From assembly GCA_964406465.1 (NCBI GenBank), contig CAYORT010000002.1:58414-122413 (forward strand): a DNA stretch of 64,000 nucleotides, in the 5' to 3' direction. Origin of the DNA: an uncultured Chryseobacterium sp. (GTDB lineage Bacteria > Bacteroidota > Bacteroidia > Flavobacteriales_C > GCA-002722245). The translations under genes and the position numbers were made by a program. Positions 1 to 8,720 of this stretch are shown piece by piece (positions within the stretch are counted from its first letter, which is position 1; each line of letters opens with the position of its first letter). The notes under the pieces were generated by a model, which saw only the letters and a list, made by a program, of their open reading frames with translations, did not search any database and was not told where the DNA came from.

Positions 1-18
1 TTTAATTGCACTCCTTAT

Positions 19-65
19 CACCCTCTCCATTCGGATGACTTGCTTACTGTGGCAATTGCATTGCC
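19..65 (+). repeat. REP-like element copy C: degenerate hairpin followed by GACTTGCTTACTGTGGCAATTGCATTGCC
   Basis: Aligns at about 80% with the copies at 1016-1063 and 1797-1844. It lies immediately 3' of the minus-strand gene 81..887. Confidence 0.6.
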
Positions 66-80
66 TCTGCTTCGCTTAAA

Positions 81-887
81 CTATCTGGTTCTCAATCTGC
101 TTCCGCCTGTTCTCGAACCGCTGTTATTCGAATTACTTGATCGAGTACTTTTTGTTGTTGAAGAACTACTGTTTGATTTTGAAGTTTGAATATCTGTCCA
201 ATCTATCATTATTACCAAACCTAAGCGATAACTAAACATTTCATATTTAGGTGCGCTCCCTACCGAAGGCATATAAACGAAATAGTCGTCACTATATACT
301 TTCGAAAAATCTACAAACTTAGTTGGACCACCAGTGCTGTAGCTAAATGATAGCTCTAGTGCTACATTGTCATTAAATCCATATAACAGTCCGGTAGTAT
401 AACTTTGATTCCATGTGCTAGTGCTATTTGCAGGATTAGAAGTTGGAACTTGACTATTGTTAACAGGGGTTACAGCGCTATTATACACATGATTATAAGG
501 GGTAAACTCATCTTCAAATCCGGTTAATAGAAGTCCATACGAATACTCAACAAATGGCTTCAATTTATATCGATTAAACACCATACGAGTTGCTAGATTT
601 AGCTGACCAACGGTGTTGTAAATGTTTTCTGAACCATCTTTTAAATGATAAGTTTCATCTCCACAGCCCACGAAATCGAAGGTAAATCCAGTAATTCCCT
701 GCACGTATTTGTTTTTGAGTCCGCCTAGCAGCGCAAATCCCCCCGTCCAACCAGAAGTGGGATAATTGTACTTTCTTAATTCGGCTCCAGGCGCGGCAAA
801 GCCACCTCTCGGACTCAATATCAATTGAGCGTTTACCGCGCTCACACTTAAAGTTAATGCCAATAAAAAAAGTATTCTTCTAACCAT
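81..887 (-). CDS. Outer-membrane beta-barrel protein (porin-like) with a Ser/Thr/Asn/Arg-rich low-complexity C-terminal tail
   Basis: Signal peptide MVRRILFLLALTLSVSAVNAQ. Alternating aromatic/hydrophilic beta-strand pattern. The barrel-like end ...VIMIDW is followed by about 45 aa of S/T/N/R-rich tail. Confidence 0.5.
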   Translation of the reverse strand: MVRRILFLLALTLSVSAVNAQLILSPRGGFAAPGAELRKYNYPTSGWTGGFALLGGLKNKYVQGITGFTFDFVGCGDETYHLKDGSENIYNTVGQLNLATRMVFNRYKLKPFVEYSYGLLLTGFEDEFTPYNHVYNSAVTPVNNSQVPTSNPANSTSTWNQSYTTGLLYGFNDNVALELSFSYSTGGPTKFVDFSKVYSDDYFVYMPSVGSAPKYEMFSYRLGLVIMIDWTDIQTSKSNSSSSTTKSTRSSNSNNSGSRTGGSRLRTR

Positions 888-1015
888 AACCGATTGATTT
901 TAAAATAAAATTGATTGTAAAGCCTGCATTTGAAGACAAAAAGCAGACCAAATAAAATGCAAAGACTGAAATTTCATTTTGGGTGATAAAATAAAATACT
1001 TTATTGGCTTCCTGG

Positions 1016-1063
1016 CACCCGCCTCTAGACGGGTGACTTATCTACTCCGGCAATTGCATTGCC
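1016..1063 (+). repeat. REP-like element copy A: hairpin CACCCGCCTCTAGACGGGTG plus GACTTATCTACTCCGGCAATTGCATTGCC
   Basis: Inverted repeat CACCCG/CGGGTG followed by a conserved tail with a CAATTG core. It lies in the gap between convergent-oriented minus-strand genes. Confidence 0.65.
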
Positions 1064-1094
1064 TTTTATCTATGTCTTCGTAGAGGCAAAAATT

Positions 1095-1763
1095 TTAATC
1101 AATCAATAAAAGACTTCCGTAATTTGCTGGAATAATTTCTTGGCCATATTTCTTTATATAACTTTCAATCTCTTCTTCATTCATTTTGTAAATATCGCAA
1201 CCAAGTTTTTTAAATGGGATTTCTAACCTGTCATATCCATAAAGATGCCCTTCACCTCCCATATATATAACTAATTTCGTTTTGGTTATCCCATAATTAA
1301 TGTTTGCATTACCTCCACCGCCATAATAATAAGCCTTGCTACCGTATACATCATTTGTATCTTCTCGATAAAACTTCTGAACAAAAGGATGCATTTTTTT
1401 TCTATCTATAAAAGGCAGAGGGAGAACTATTTCAGCCTTAATAGGATCAATGCAAACTGAGGAATAATAACTTACTTTAAAATTGTTTCTAATTCTAAAT
1501 TCAAAACACACAAGACTATCTGAATTGAATAAAATTGAATATTGACTATGACAGCAATCTCCTATTATATCGCCAAAATAATCTCTTAGCAATGCATTTA
1601 TCTTCTTAACCGATGAATCAGGCGCCTCAGAAACCAAAACAGGATAATGATATTTACAACCGTTCGTATCGACCATTAGAGAATCAATAATTTGATAAGT
1701 ACCTGCGGAAGAATATAAAAGGTTGGTTAGAAAAAAACTTGTAATAAAAATATATTTCTTCAT
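1095..1763 (-). CDS. Secreted hypothetical protein, possibly DUF4163/DUF3298 (RsiV/PdaC-like); flanked by inverted REP-like copies
   Basis: N-terminal signal peptide MKKYIFITSFFLTNLLYSSA. YHYPVL and Gly-rich motifs are present. No catalytic motif is recognisable. Confidence 0.4.
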   Translation of the reverse strand: MKKYIFITSFFLTNLLYSSAGTYQIIDSLMVDTNGCKYHYPVLVSEAPDSSVKKINALLRDYFGDIIGDCCHSQYSILFNSDSLVCFEFRIRNNFKVSYYSSVCIDPIKAEIVLPLPFIDRKKMHPFVQKFYREDTNDVYGSKAYYYGGGGNANINYGITKTKLVIYMGGEGHLYGYDRLEIPFKKLGCDIYKMNEEEIESYIKKYGQEIIPANYGSLLLID

Positions 1764-1796
1764 AGTACCAATGTAAATTTCGCAACCCTTAAAAGA

Positions 1797-1844
1797 GACA
1801 ATACAATTGTCGGAGTACGCAAGTCACCCGTCTGGAGACGGGCG
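1797..1844 (-). repeat. REP-like element copy B (inverted orientation relative to copies A and C)
   Basis: Its reverse complement reads CGCCCGTCTCCAGACGGGTGACTTGCGTACTCCGACAATTGTATTGTC, about 80% identical to copy A. It sits directly after the stop of gene 1851..4196. Confidence 0.65.
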
Positions 1845-1850
1845 CCATAA

Positions 1851-4196
1851 TCACATCTTCAATACCACAAATTCCACCCTTCTATTCGCAGCCTTACCTT
1901 CATCAGTTGTATTAGGTGCCTTCGGTTTTGTCTCTCCGTAACCTTCAGATTGCAGGCGCTTTTCTGAAATACCTTTTGCAATTAAATAGTCCATGCAAGC
2001 CTTGGCTCTGTTTTTAGAAAGTTCTAAGTTTTTTGCATCGTCGCCCACGTTATCGGTATGACCGTGAATTGCGATATCTACCTTAGGGTTTTCAATTAAG
2101 AATTCATACAGTTGATCTAACACCAATTTAGATGCTCTGGTAAGCTCATAAGAGTCATTACCAAAAACGATGTCGTTCAAACGAATAGGTTTCTTCACTT
2201 CCAAAGCCTCAACCGTAATAGATGCTTTAGAGCCACGAATGGTTTTAGATCCATCAATCTCCTTGGCATTGAGTTCAACAACTTTACTTGAAAATGATTT
2301 CTTCTCTGTTTTAGCTGTAACAACATATTGTCCGTCGGGAGCATTCAACTCCTCTTCATCTTTCTTCACTATTTTCTCTTCACCATTCACCACCACCTTT
2401 TTGTGATCCACCGGTATCACCACCTCAATGCCTTTGATAGAATCTTTCTTCTCACCCGGCTTTAAAATTTGCTCTTTACCATTGATCTTTTCTACGTGTG
2501 AACCAAATTCTGCTTCCACTTCTTTTCCTCCAACTTGCAACACCACTTTTCTATCTTCGGTCTTATTTCTGTTAGGATCGGCCACCGTCATCACCGCCAC
2601 ATATTCACCTGTCTTCTTATCTACTGTAGCTTCGGTTATTTCACCTGTTTTCGCATTTTTAATTTCTACTTTTCCATTTTGTAATGGCGCTCCTTTCTCA
2701 TCTTTCAAAACACCTTTCATCATCACTACTTTCTCGGGACGAGCTTGCTCGTATAAAGGAAAATTAATGATTTGCAAAGCACCATTCGCTCCGTTAGTGA
2801 TACCACTAGATAAGAAACCATATTTACCATCTAAACTAACAATGAAGCCATGCTCATCTGCCGGAGTGTTGATGGGCATACCCAAATTCACTGGCGTCAT
2901 CCAGTTGCCATAATCATCCATTCTGGTGTAGAAAATATCGAAACCTCCTAAGCCCGGTAAAGCATTCGAGCTAAAATATAATGTCTTGCTATCGGTGTGT
3001 AAGAAGGGCGTTTTTTCGTGACCTTTGGTATTGATTACATTGCCTAAGTTTTTAGGTGCCGACCAAGAACCATCTTTATTTTTTGTGATCATAAAGAGGT
3101 CCATTGAGTATACAGGTTCATCCAACTCATTTAAAGAGAACATTGACGAATTTCGCGCACTAGAAAAAATAATCATTTTACCATCGGAAGAGATAGTAGG
3201 TTGTCCCTCCCACGTCATGTTACCACCTTCATCGTTCGCCACTCTTAGAGGACGAAATTGAGTCCATTTTCCATCCACTAAATCGGTGTAATAAATACTT
3301 GTGTTGGTCGCTTTGGTATTTCCTGTAGGCACCAATAATTTCACTGTCACATAAATTCTCTTGTTATCGGGAGTAACGCAAATACCGCCATTACCTAAAA
3401 TCTCTCCGCCATCTAAAGTACCGTTAAAATCGTTGAAAGGCATTGGCATTGGAGTACCCGTACTGAACGAGTCTACCCAAAGTTTTGTGGCTACAGTGAA
3501 GTACTCTTTCTTGTCGTTTCCGGGTCCGGCAGGCAACATCGGATTAGGAGTACCAGCCATTTGACGCACCAAATACAACTGCTCGTTATCGGGAGATAAT
3601 GCAGGTAAATATTCGTTATCCAAAGTATTTACACCCTTCACAGGTGATGGATTGTAAGGAACAGGATTCTTCAAAATCTTATCGATTGCAACACATTCTT
3701 TATACAGTCGGCGCGCAACCTCCTCATTATTGGCAGTGGTATTCCATTCATCATCTAAATAGGCTTTAAACAAAGGAGCTGCTTCAGAAAGTTTACCTTC
3801 CATATGATAGATGGTGGCTAAGTAGAAAGAACCTAGGTGACCACTAAAGGCCGGACAAAGTTCATTGAGTTTAATGAAATAGTCTTTCGACTTACCAATG
3901 AAAATTTCCTTTTTTGAGGCATCGCTATTCATTGCTACTCTCGACTTCCCCTTCTCGGGAAAGGCCAATTCAAAATAATGTCTACCTAAAGCATAGTAAG
4001 GCTCGGGCATTTGAGGATCAAGCTCAATCACCGCTTTCAAAAGATTTACTCCTTCTACTTTGTCTTTTGTGTAAGTAGCAATAGCAGCGTCGTACTTCTT
4101 TCTAACTTTCTTAGGTGCTTTGTATTCACAGTTTCCCTCTTGCGCCAATACGTTAACCGATAACAACAACAATATTACAACCCCGATTCTTCTCAT
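1851..4196 (-). CDS. PorE-like envelope protein: TPR, TolB-like PD40 beta-propeller, carboxypeptidase-regulatory-like domain and OmpA_C peptidoglycan-binding domain
   Basis: Signal peptide. TPR-like N-terminus. PD40 repeats such as DGKMIIFSSARN and DSKTLYFSSNALPGLGGFDIFYT. C-terminal OmpA_C motif IVFGNDSYEL...HGHTDNVGDDAKNLELSKNRAKA...GYGETKP. Confidence 0.75.
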   Translation of the reverse strand: MRRIGVVILLLLSVNVLAQEGNCEYKAPKKVRKKYDAAIATYTKDKVEGVNLLKAVIELDPQMPEPYYALGRHYFELAFPEKGKSRVAMNSDASKKEIFIGKSKDYFIKLNELCPAFSGHLGSFYLATIYHMEGKLSEAAPLFKAYLDDEWNTTANNEEVARRLYKECVAIDKILKNPVPYNPSPVKGVNTLDNEYLPALSPDNEQLYLVRQMAGTPNPMLPAGPGNDKKEYFTVATKLWVDSFSTGTPMPMPFNDFNGTLDGGEILGNGGICVTPDNKRIYVTVKLLVPTGNTKATNTSIYYTDLVDGKWTQFRPLRVANDEGGNMTWEGQPTISSDGKMIIFSSARNSSMFSLNELDEPVYSMDLFMITKNKDGSWSAPKNLGNVINTKGHEKTPFLHTDSKTLYFSSNALPGLGGFDIFYTRMDDYGNWMTPVNLGMPINTPADEHGFIVSLDGKYGFLSSGITNGANGALQIINFPLYEQARPEKVVMMKGVLKDEKGAPLQNGKVEIKNAKTGEITEATVDKKTGEYVAVMTVADPNRNKTEDRKVVLQVGGKEVEAEFGSHVEKINGKEQILKPGEKKDSIKGIEVVIPVDHKKVVVNGEEKIVKKDEEELNAPDGQYVVTAKTEKKSFSSKVVELNAKEIDGSKTIRGSKASITVEALEVKKPIRLNDIVFGNDSYELTRASKLVLDQLYEFLIENPKVDIAIHGHTDNVGDDAKNLELSKNRAKACMDYLIAKGISEKRLQSEGYGETKPKAPNTTDEGKAANRRVEFVVLKM

Positions 4197-4204
4197 ATTA
4201 TTTC

Positions 4205-6907
4205 TTAAAACTTAATTCCTTTCAATGCATTTTTCGCTTTATCGGCGGCGTCTTTTTTCAACTTATCGGCCTCGGCTTTGGCCTTTTCTTCAGCAATTTT
4301 CTTTTGCTTATCAGCTTCCGCTTGCGCCTGTGCCTTCAACTCATCTGCCTTCTTTCTAGCCTCTTCCTCAGCTTGCTGTTTTAATTTATCTGCCTCCTCT
4401 TTTGCTCTGTCCACCACAGCATCTTTAACTTGATCTTTTACTGATTTACCTGCTTCACCACTTGTTCCTTTAGGATAAACGGCAAATTTCGGATTCGTTA
4501 CATCTCCAGTAATTTTTATATCTAAATCGATGAACTGAGGAAGCTGCATATTGGCGCCAACTTTTTGGTTCAATGCGCCCATCAACTGAGCAGCTTGTGC
4601 GTTGGCCGCACCACCAAATTCATCACGATTGATGCTTGTAGCCATGGTGTAATCCATTTTACCATCTAAGGAATTCCAACCGCTTACTTTGGCTTTCGAT
4701 TTACTAACTTTTAAATCGAAAGGTTGAACATTCAACTTACCTTGAGAAATGGTATAATAAATTTTCAAATCTTTCAACTCTAAGTTTTTAAACTTGTCGT
4801 TCTTCACGGCAGCAGCAAAACCTTCGGTGAATTTTGAATCTTTGATTTTAGCATTTTGAATAAACAAAGTTCCTTTACCGTCGATGCAATTGTAATCAAC
4901 ATCCATAGTCGAAGTAAAATTGTTTTTTACATCTAAAGTCATGTTCAATTTACCTTCGGTATTCGCGCAAATTGGAGCCAACTTTTTAATGGTATTGAAA
5001 TTAGCATAAGCCTTAGGAATATCTAAATTCTTTACCTCAAATTGCAAATCGGCATAAGGTTTTTTAATGTCGAGAGCGTGGTATTGACCAGATAATTTAA
5101 AGTCGGCATCCAACAACTTAAAGCCATTGTTTACAAACTTCAACACTCCTTCTTTTAATATCAACTGACCACCAAAATTGGTGATATCGTAAGTATCATA
5201 CTTTATCTTCTTCAAATCTGAAGTAAGCACAAAATCAATGTTTTTTGGAATTTCCACTGCGCCTTCCGCACCAGCAGAAGCGGTATCAGAAGGAGTTGCA
5301 GCTGCAGCAGAGTCGGCCTCGGCCGCATCTTCACTCATGAATTGGTTCACATCGAAATAATTAGATGAAATAGCGAAATTTCCTTTTACCGTTTCATCTT
5401 TAAAATAGTAAGCCAGGTAATTTTCAATTTTACCGCTTGCATTTAAATCGCTATTTCCAATTTTACTTTCGAAAGTAGTTAAGTCAAGGTATTGTGGAGA
5501 AAACAACAAGTTTGCTTTGGTGATGGTAACATCGGGCATACCTTCCATTTTTGTTTTAATATCTAACAAATCAAGCGAACCGTGTGCATCAAATTTTTCG
5601 TATTCTTCCTTTTCAATAGCCGAATATCTGCCGTTTAAACTTACATCGGCTTTTACTGTTCCATGATATTCTTCGCCTTTTTCCAAAGGCATCACTTCAC
5701 CAATAACATCTAATTTCAGCATGGTTTTGATGTTACCTTTTATTGCAGCATCCGACTCGGGAGTTTTAATATGCATATCCATATCAATAGGATATTCGCC
5801 CAGTTCGGCATGCAATTTATTTAAATCGATTACGGTATGATCAAAAACTCCATCGGGATTGTTGATAGCCAAATCTATATTGATATTGTTAACCGCTTTT
5901 GGCACCGAAGGATAGCGGAAAGAAGAATTAAGCACCTTTAAATTGAAACCGAAAGCAGGCATCAACGAGTCGGTAAACATACCTTTCAAATGACCATTAA
6001 TCTCGAACTTACCTGTTGTTTTAACATCTTTCACATCTTCTCGATACACTGCAGGAATCATGGTAAATAAATCCTTGAAATCGGTGCGCTTAGCATTGAA
6101 TTTCAAGTCCATACCAAAACCTTCATCAGGCATAGAAAACCATCCATCTAAGCCCAAAGCCACATTATTTAAATTGAATTCATTGTTTTTGAAAGTGAAT
6201 TTCCAAGTCGCCAAATCCATGATTAAATCGGCAGTAATATTTGTTTTGGCATTTTTGATATAACTAACACCATCGAAATTGACTGTTAAAGCTTGCATGT
6301 CGGTTTTAGTAGACATAATGTGTTGATCCCCGTCCAACAAATAAGAACCCGAATGATTCATATTGGTAAGTTCCATTCTATAAGGAATAGATGGATCATC
6401 GTAAACGATACGCGCATTGTTAAGTGCATATTTTTCAAACACCATGGCGAAAGGATCACCCGCTTCTTCTGGTTCAACCGGTTCGGGAGTGGCCGCAGTA
6501 TCGGGCAACATAATATCTGTTAGGGTAAAATTCTTGCCGTCTTTGGTCCACAATGCATTCAACACCATTCCATCGGCTTCAAAAGAGTTCACCTTGTACT
6601 TTTTACCATCAAGAACAGAGTTGATGTCTAACTCTAAATTCAACTCATCGGCATAAACGATAGTGTCTTTATCGAAAGCACCTTTGCCTATAACCGACAC
6701 TTTTTCTATATCTAATTTAAAATTGGGGAAAGTAGAAATGATAGAAAGGTCGAAATCACCAAAATCAACCTTAGCATTAAGGTTCTCGTTGGCCACCTCT
6801 TTTACTTTGGCTACTATTTCATCTTTAAAGAAAAAAGGAATAGCCGCAACAGCAGCTACCAAAACCACAATAAGGATAAGGAATCCGATTAAAATTTTCT
6901 TGATCAT
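4205..6907 (-). CDS. AsmA-family outer-membrane biogenesis protein with a Lys/Ala/Glu-rich coiled-coil C-terminal tail
   Basis: N-terminal membrane anchor MIKKILIGFLILIVVLVAAVAAIPFFF. About 800 aa of beta-rich repetitive region. C-terminal EEADKLKQQAEEEARKKADELKAQAQAEADKQKK... Stop overlaps the aroC start region, suggesting an operon. Confidence 0.55.
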   Translation of the reverse strand: MIKKILIGFLILIVVLVAAVAAIPFFFKDEIVAKVKEVANENLNAKVDFGDFDLSIISTFPNFKLDIEKVSVIGKGAFDKDTIVYADELNLELDINSVLDGKKYKVNSFEADGMVLNALWTKDGKNFTLTDIMLPDTAATPEPVEPEEAGDPFAMVFEKYALNNARIVYDDPSIPYRMELTNMNHSGSYLLDGDQHIMSTKTDMQALTVNFDGVSYIKNAKTNITADLIMDLATWKFTFKNNEFNLNNVALGLDGWFSMPDEGFGMDLKFNAKRTDFKDLFTMIPAVYREDVKDVKTTGKFEINGHLKGMFTDSLMPAFGFNLKVLNSSFRYPSVPKAVNNINIDLAINNPDGVFDHTVIDLNKLHAELGEYPIDMDMHIKTPESDAAIKGNIKTMLKLDVIGEVMPLEKGEEYHGTVKADVSLNGRYSAIEKEEYEKFDAHGSLDLLDIKTKMEGMPDVTITKANLLFSPQYLDLTTFESKIGNSDLNASGKIENYLAYYFKDETVKGNFAISSNYFDVNQFMSEDAAEADSAAAATPSDTASAGAEGAVEIPKNIDFVLTSDLKKIKYDTYDITNFGGQLILKEGVLKFVNNGFKLLDADFKLSGQYHALDIKKPYADLQFEVKNLDIPKAYANFNTIKKLAPICANTEGKLNMTLDVKNNFTSTMDVDYNCIDGKGTLFIQNAKIKDSKFTEGFAAAVKNDKFKNLELKDLKIYYTISQGKLNVQPFDLKVSKSKAKVSGWNSLDGKMDYTMATSINRDEFGGAANAQAAQLMGALNQKVGANMQLPQFIDLDIKITGDVTNPKFAVYPKGTSGEAGKSVKDQVKDAVVDRAKEEADKLKQQAEEEARKKADELKAQAQAEADKQKKIAEEKAKAEADKLKKDAADKAKNALKGIKF

Positions 6908-6910
6908 AAA

Positions 6911-7990
6911 TTAAATTTTGTTAGATTTTGCTCTTAAAAAATGGTCTGCTAAAACAAGTGCTGCCATTGCTTCAACAATAGGCACTGCACGAGGAAGTAC
7001 GCAAGGATCATGCCTTCCTTTGCCACTTACCACGGCCTCTTTTCCCTCTTTATCGATAGAACTTTGATCACGCATTATAGTGGCTACAGGCTTAAATGCC
7101 ACATTGAAATAAATGTCTTCTCCGTTCGAAATTCCGCCTTGAATACCGCCCGAATGGTTGGTTTTGGTTTTTACCTTGCCATTTTCAGCATAAAAAGCAT
7201 CGTTGTGCTCACTACCTCGAAGTGTTAAGCCATTAAAACCCGAACCATATTCAAAACCTTTTACAGCATTAATACTTAACATGGCTTTACCTAAATCGGC
7301 ATGCAACTTATCAAACACAGGCTCGCCCAACCCTACTGGTGTGCCTTGCACTACACAAGTTACCACACCACCAATGGTATCACCTTCTTTACGAATGGAG
7401 TCAATTAATGCAATCATTTGCTCGGCCATTTGTTCATCGGGACAACGAACGATATTGTTCTCTGTTTTATTGAGGTCGAGTTGAGAATAATTTTTATCGA
7501 GCTTTAAGGCACCAACTTGCGATACATAAGCACTTATTTTAATGCCCAACTTATTCAACAACAACTTGGCAATGGCTCCAGCCACCACTCGCGACACCGT
7601 CTCACGAGCTGAACTTCTTCCTCCGCCCCTATGATCACGGTTTCCATACTTCTCTGTGTAAGTAAAATCGGCGTGCGACGGACGAAAAGAATCTTTGATA
7701 TGGTCGTAATCTTTCGATTTCTGATTGTCGTTTTTAATAACAAAACCAATAGGAACTCCCGTTGACTTTCCTTCAAAAATACCCGAAAGAAACTCCACTT
7801 CATCGGGTTCCTTACGCTGAGTCACAATTTTCGATTGTCCGGGTTTTCTTCTATCCAATTCACTTTGAATAAAAGCCAAATCTATCTCCAGTCCGGCCGG
7901 GCATCCGTCAATAATACCACCCAAAGCAACGCCATGCGATTCTCCAAAAGTGGTAACCCTAAAAATTTCTCCAAAAGTATTTGCTGCCAT
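6911..7990 (-). CDS. aroC: Chorismate synthase
   Basis: Conserved GESHG...GGIIDGCP and RKPGQS motifs with typical length. This is a strong family match. Confidence 0.9.
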   Translation of the reverse strand: MAANTFGEIFRVTTFGESHGVALGGIIDGCPAGLEIDLAFIQSELDRRKPGQSKIVTQRKEPDEVEFLSGIFEGKSTGVPIGFVIKNDNQKSKDYDHIKDSFRPSHADFTYTEKYGNRDHRGGGRSSARETVSRVVAGAIAKLLLNKLGIKISAYVSQVGALKLDKNYSQLDLNKTENNIVRCPDEQMAEQMIALIDSIRKEGDTIGGVVTCVVQGTPVGLGEPVFDKLHADLGKAMLSINAVKGFEYGSGFNGLTLRGSEHNDAFYAENGKVKTKTNHSGGIQGGISNGEDIYFNVAFKPVATIMRDQSSIDKEGKEAVVSGKGRHDPCVLPRAVPIVEAMAALVLADHFLRAKSNKI

Positions 7991-8065
7991 AGGGCGTGAA
8001 AATTACTAATTAATTCTTAAAATTGTATTAAATTCAAGTGCTGAAAAGCGGATAAAATTACTCTT

Positions 8066-8560
8066 ATGAAATCAATAGTAGCCATCACGTCAATTTTAAT
8101 ACTAACAGCTTGCGGTTCATCAGAACCAGATTTCAAAACCGGATACATCGATATTCATCACATTTACGACAAAATGGAGCTGAGTAAAAAGTATATGCAG
8201 AAGTTGGCCGAATTGGAGCAAAAGAAAAGACCCGAATTGAATCAAATTATGAATCAAATTGAGGCTATCAATGTTGAAATCAAAAACAGTAAAATCACTG
8301 AAGACGACTATCTTGATGAATTAAAAGAAAAGAAATCTCATTTATACCACAAAAAGGAAACAATTGAGAAAATGATGAACGACTCATCGGTACTATACAC
8401 TAAAATTGTAACCGATAAAATCACCAAAAATGTTGAAGAATTTGGTAAAGAAAATGGATACAAATACATTTTTAGTCCGACTGGCAATGCCGGATTCATC
8501 TACGGAGATTCTACCCTAAATATCACACATCAAGTTTTAGAGTATATAAACAAAAAGTAA
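8066..8560 (+). CDS. OmpH/Skp-like periplasmic chaperone lipoprotein
   Basis: Lipoprotein signal LILTACGS. Coiled-coil middle region. C-terminal ...GYKYIFS...G..LNIT motif is typical of the OmpH family. Size is about 165 aa. Confidence 0.5.
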   Translation: MKSIVAITSILILTACGSSEPDFKTGYIDIHHIYDKMELSKKYMQKLAELEQKKRPELNQIMNQIEAINVEIKNSKITEDDYLDELKEKKSHLYHKKETIEKMMNDSSVLYTKIVTDKITKNVEEFGKENGYKYIFSPTGNAGFIYGDSTLNITHQVLEYINKK

Positions 8561-8672
8561 TAGTTTAGGACTTTATCCTAATTATCAAATTAGAGACTGC
8601 AATCCATTTACATTTTTTTCTAAATTATCTGATTAGACAAGAGACGTTATATGCAAAAAACCGTCTTCTAAA

Positions 8673-8714
8673 GATTGTATTCACCAAAAATCACTATATT
8701 TGGTGAATACAATC
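8673..8714. promoter_or_regulatory. Perfect 16-bp inverted repeat GATTGTATTCACCAAA-(10 nt)-TTTGGTGAATACAATC immediately upstream of the ATPase start codon
   Basis: Both arms are exact reverse complements (16/16). The element ends 7 nt before ATG 8721. It is an operator or leader-hairpin candidate. Confidence 0.45.
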
Positions 8715-8720
8715 ATCAAA

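Noticed and set aside
2170-3564. Plus-strand ORFs (78-161 aa) lying inside the PorE-like minus-strand gene, and similar antisense ORFs inside asmA, aroC, the histidine kinase, GT39, ABC-F, recA and others
   Set aside because: They are entirely antisense to long, well-supported genes, have low-complexity or hydrophobic composition and no motifs. These are typical shadow ORFs.
4205-4440. The repetitive K/A/E-encoding DNA at the AsmA 3' end considered as a CRISPR array or tandem-repeat locus
   Set aside because: It has no regular repeat-spacer periodicity. It is in frame and encodes a coiled-coil low-complexity tail.
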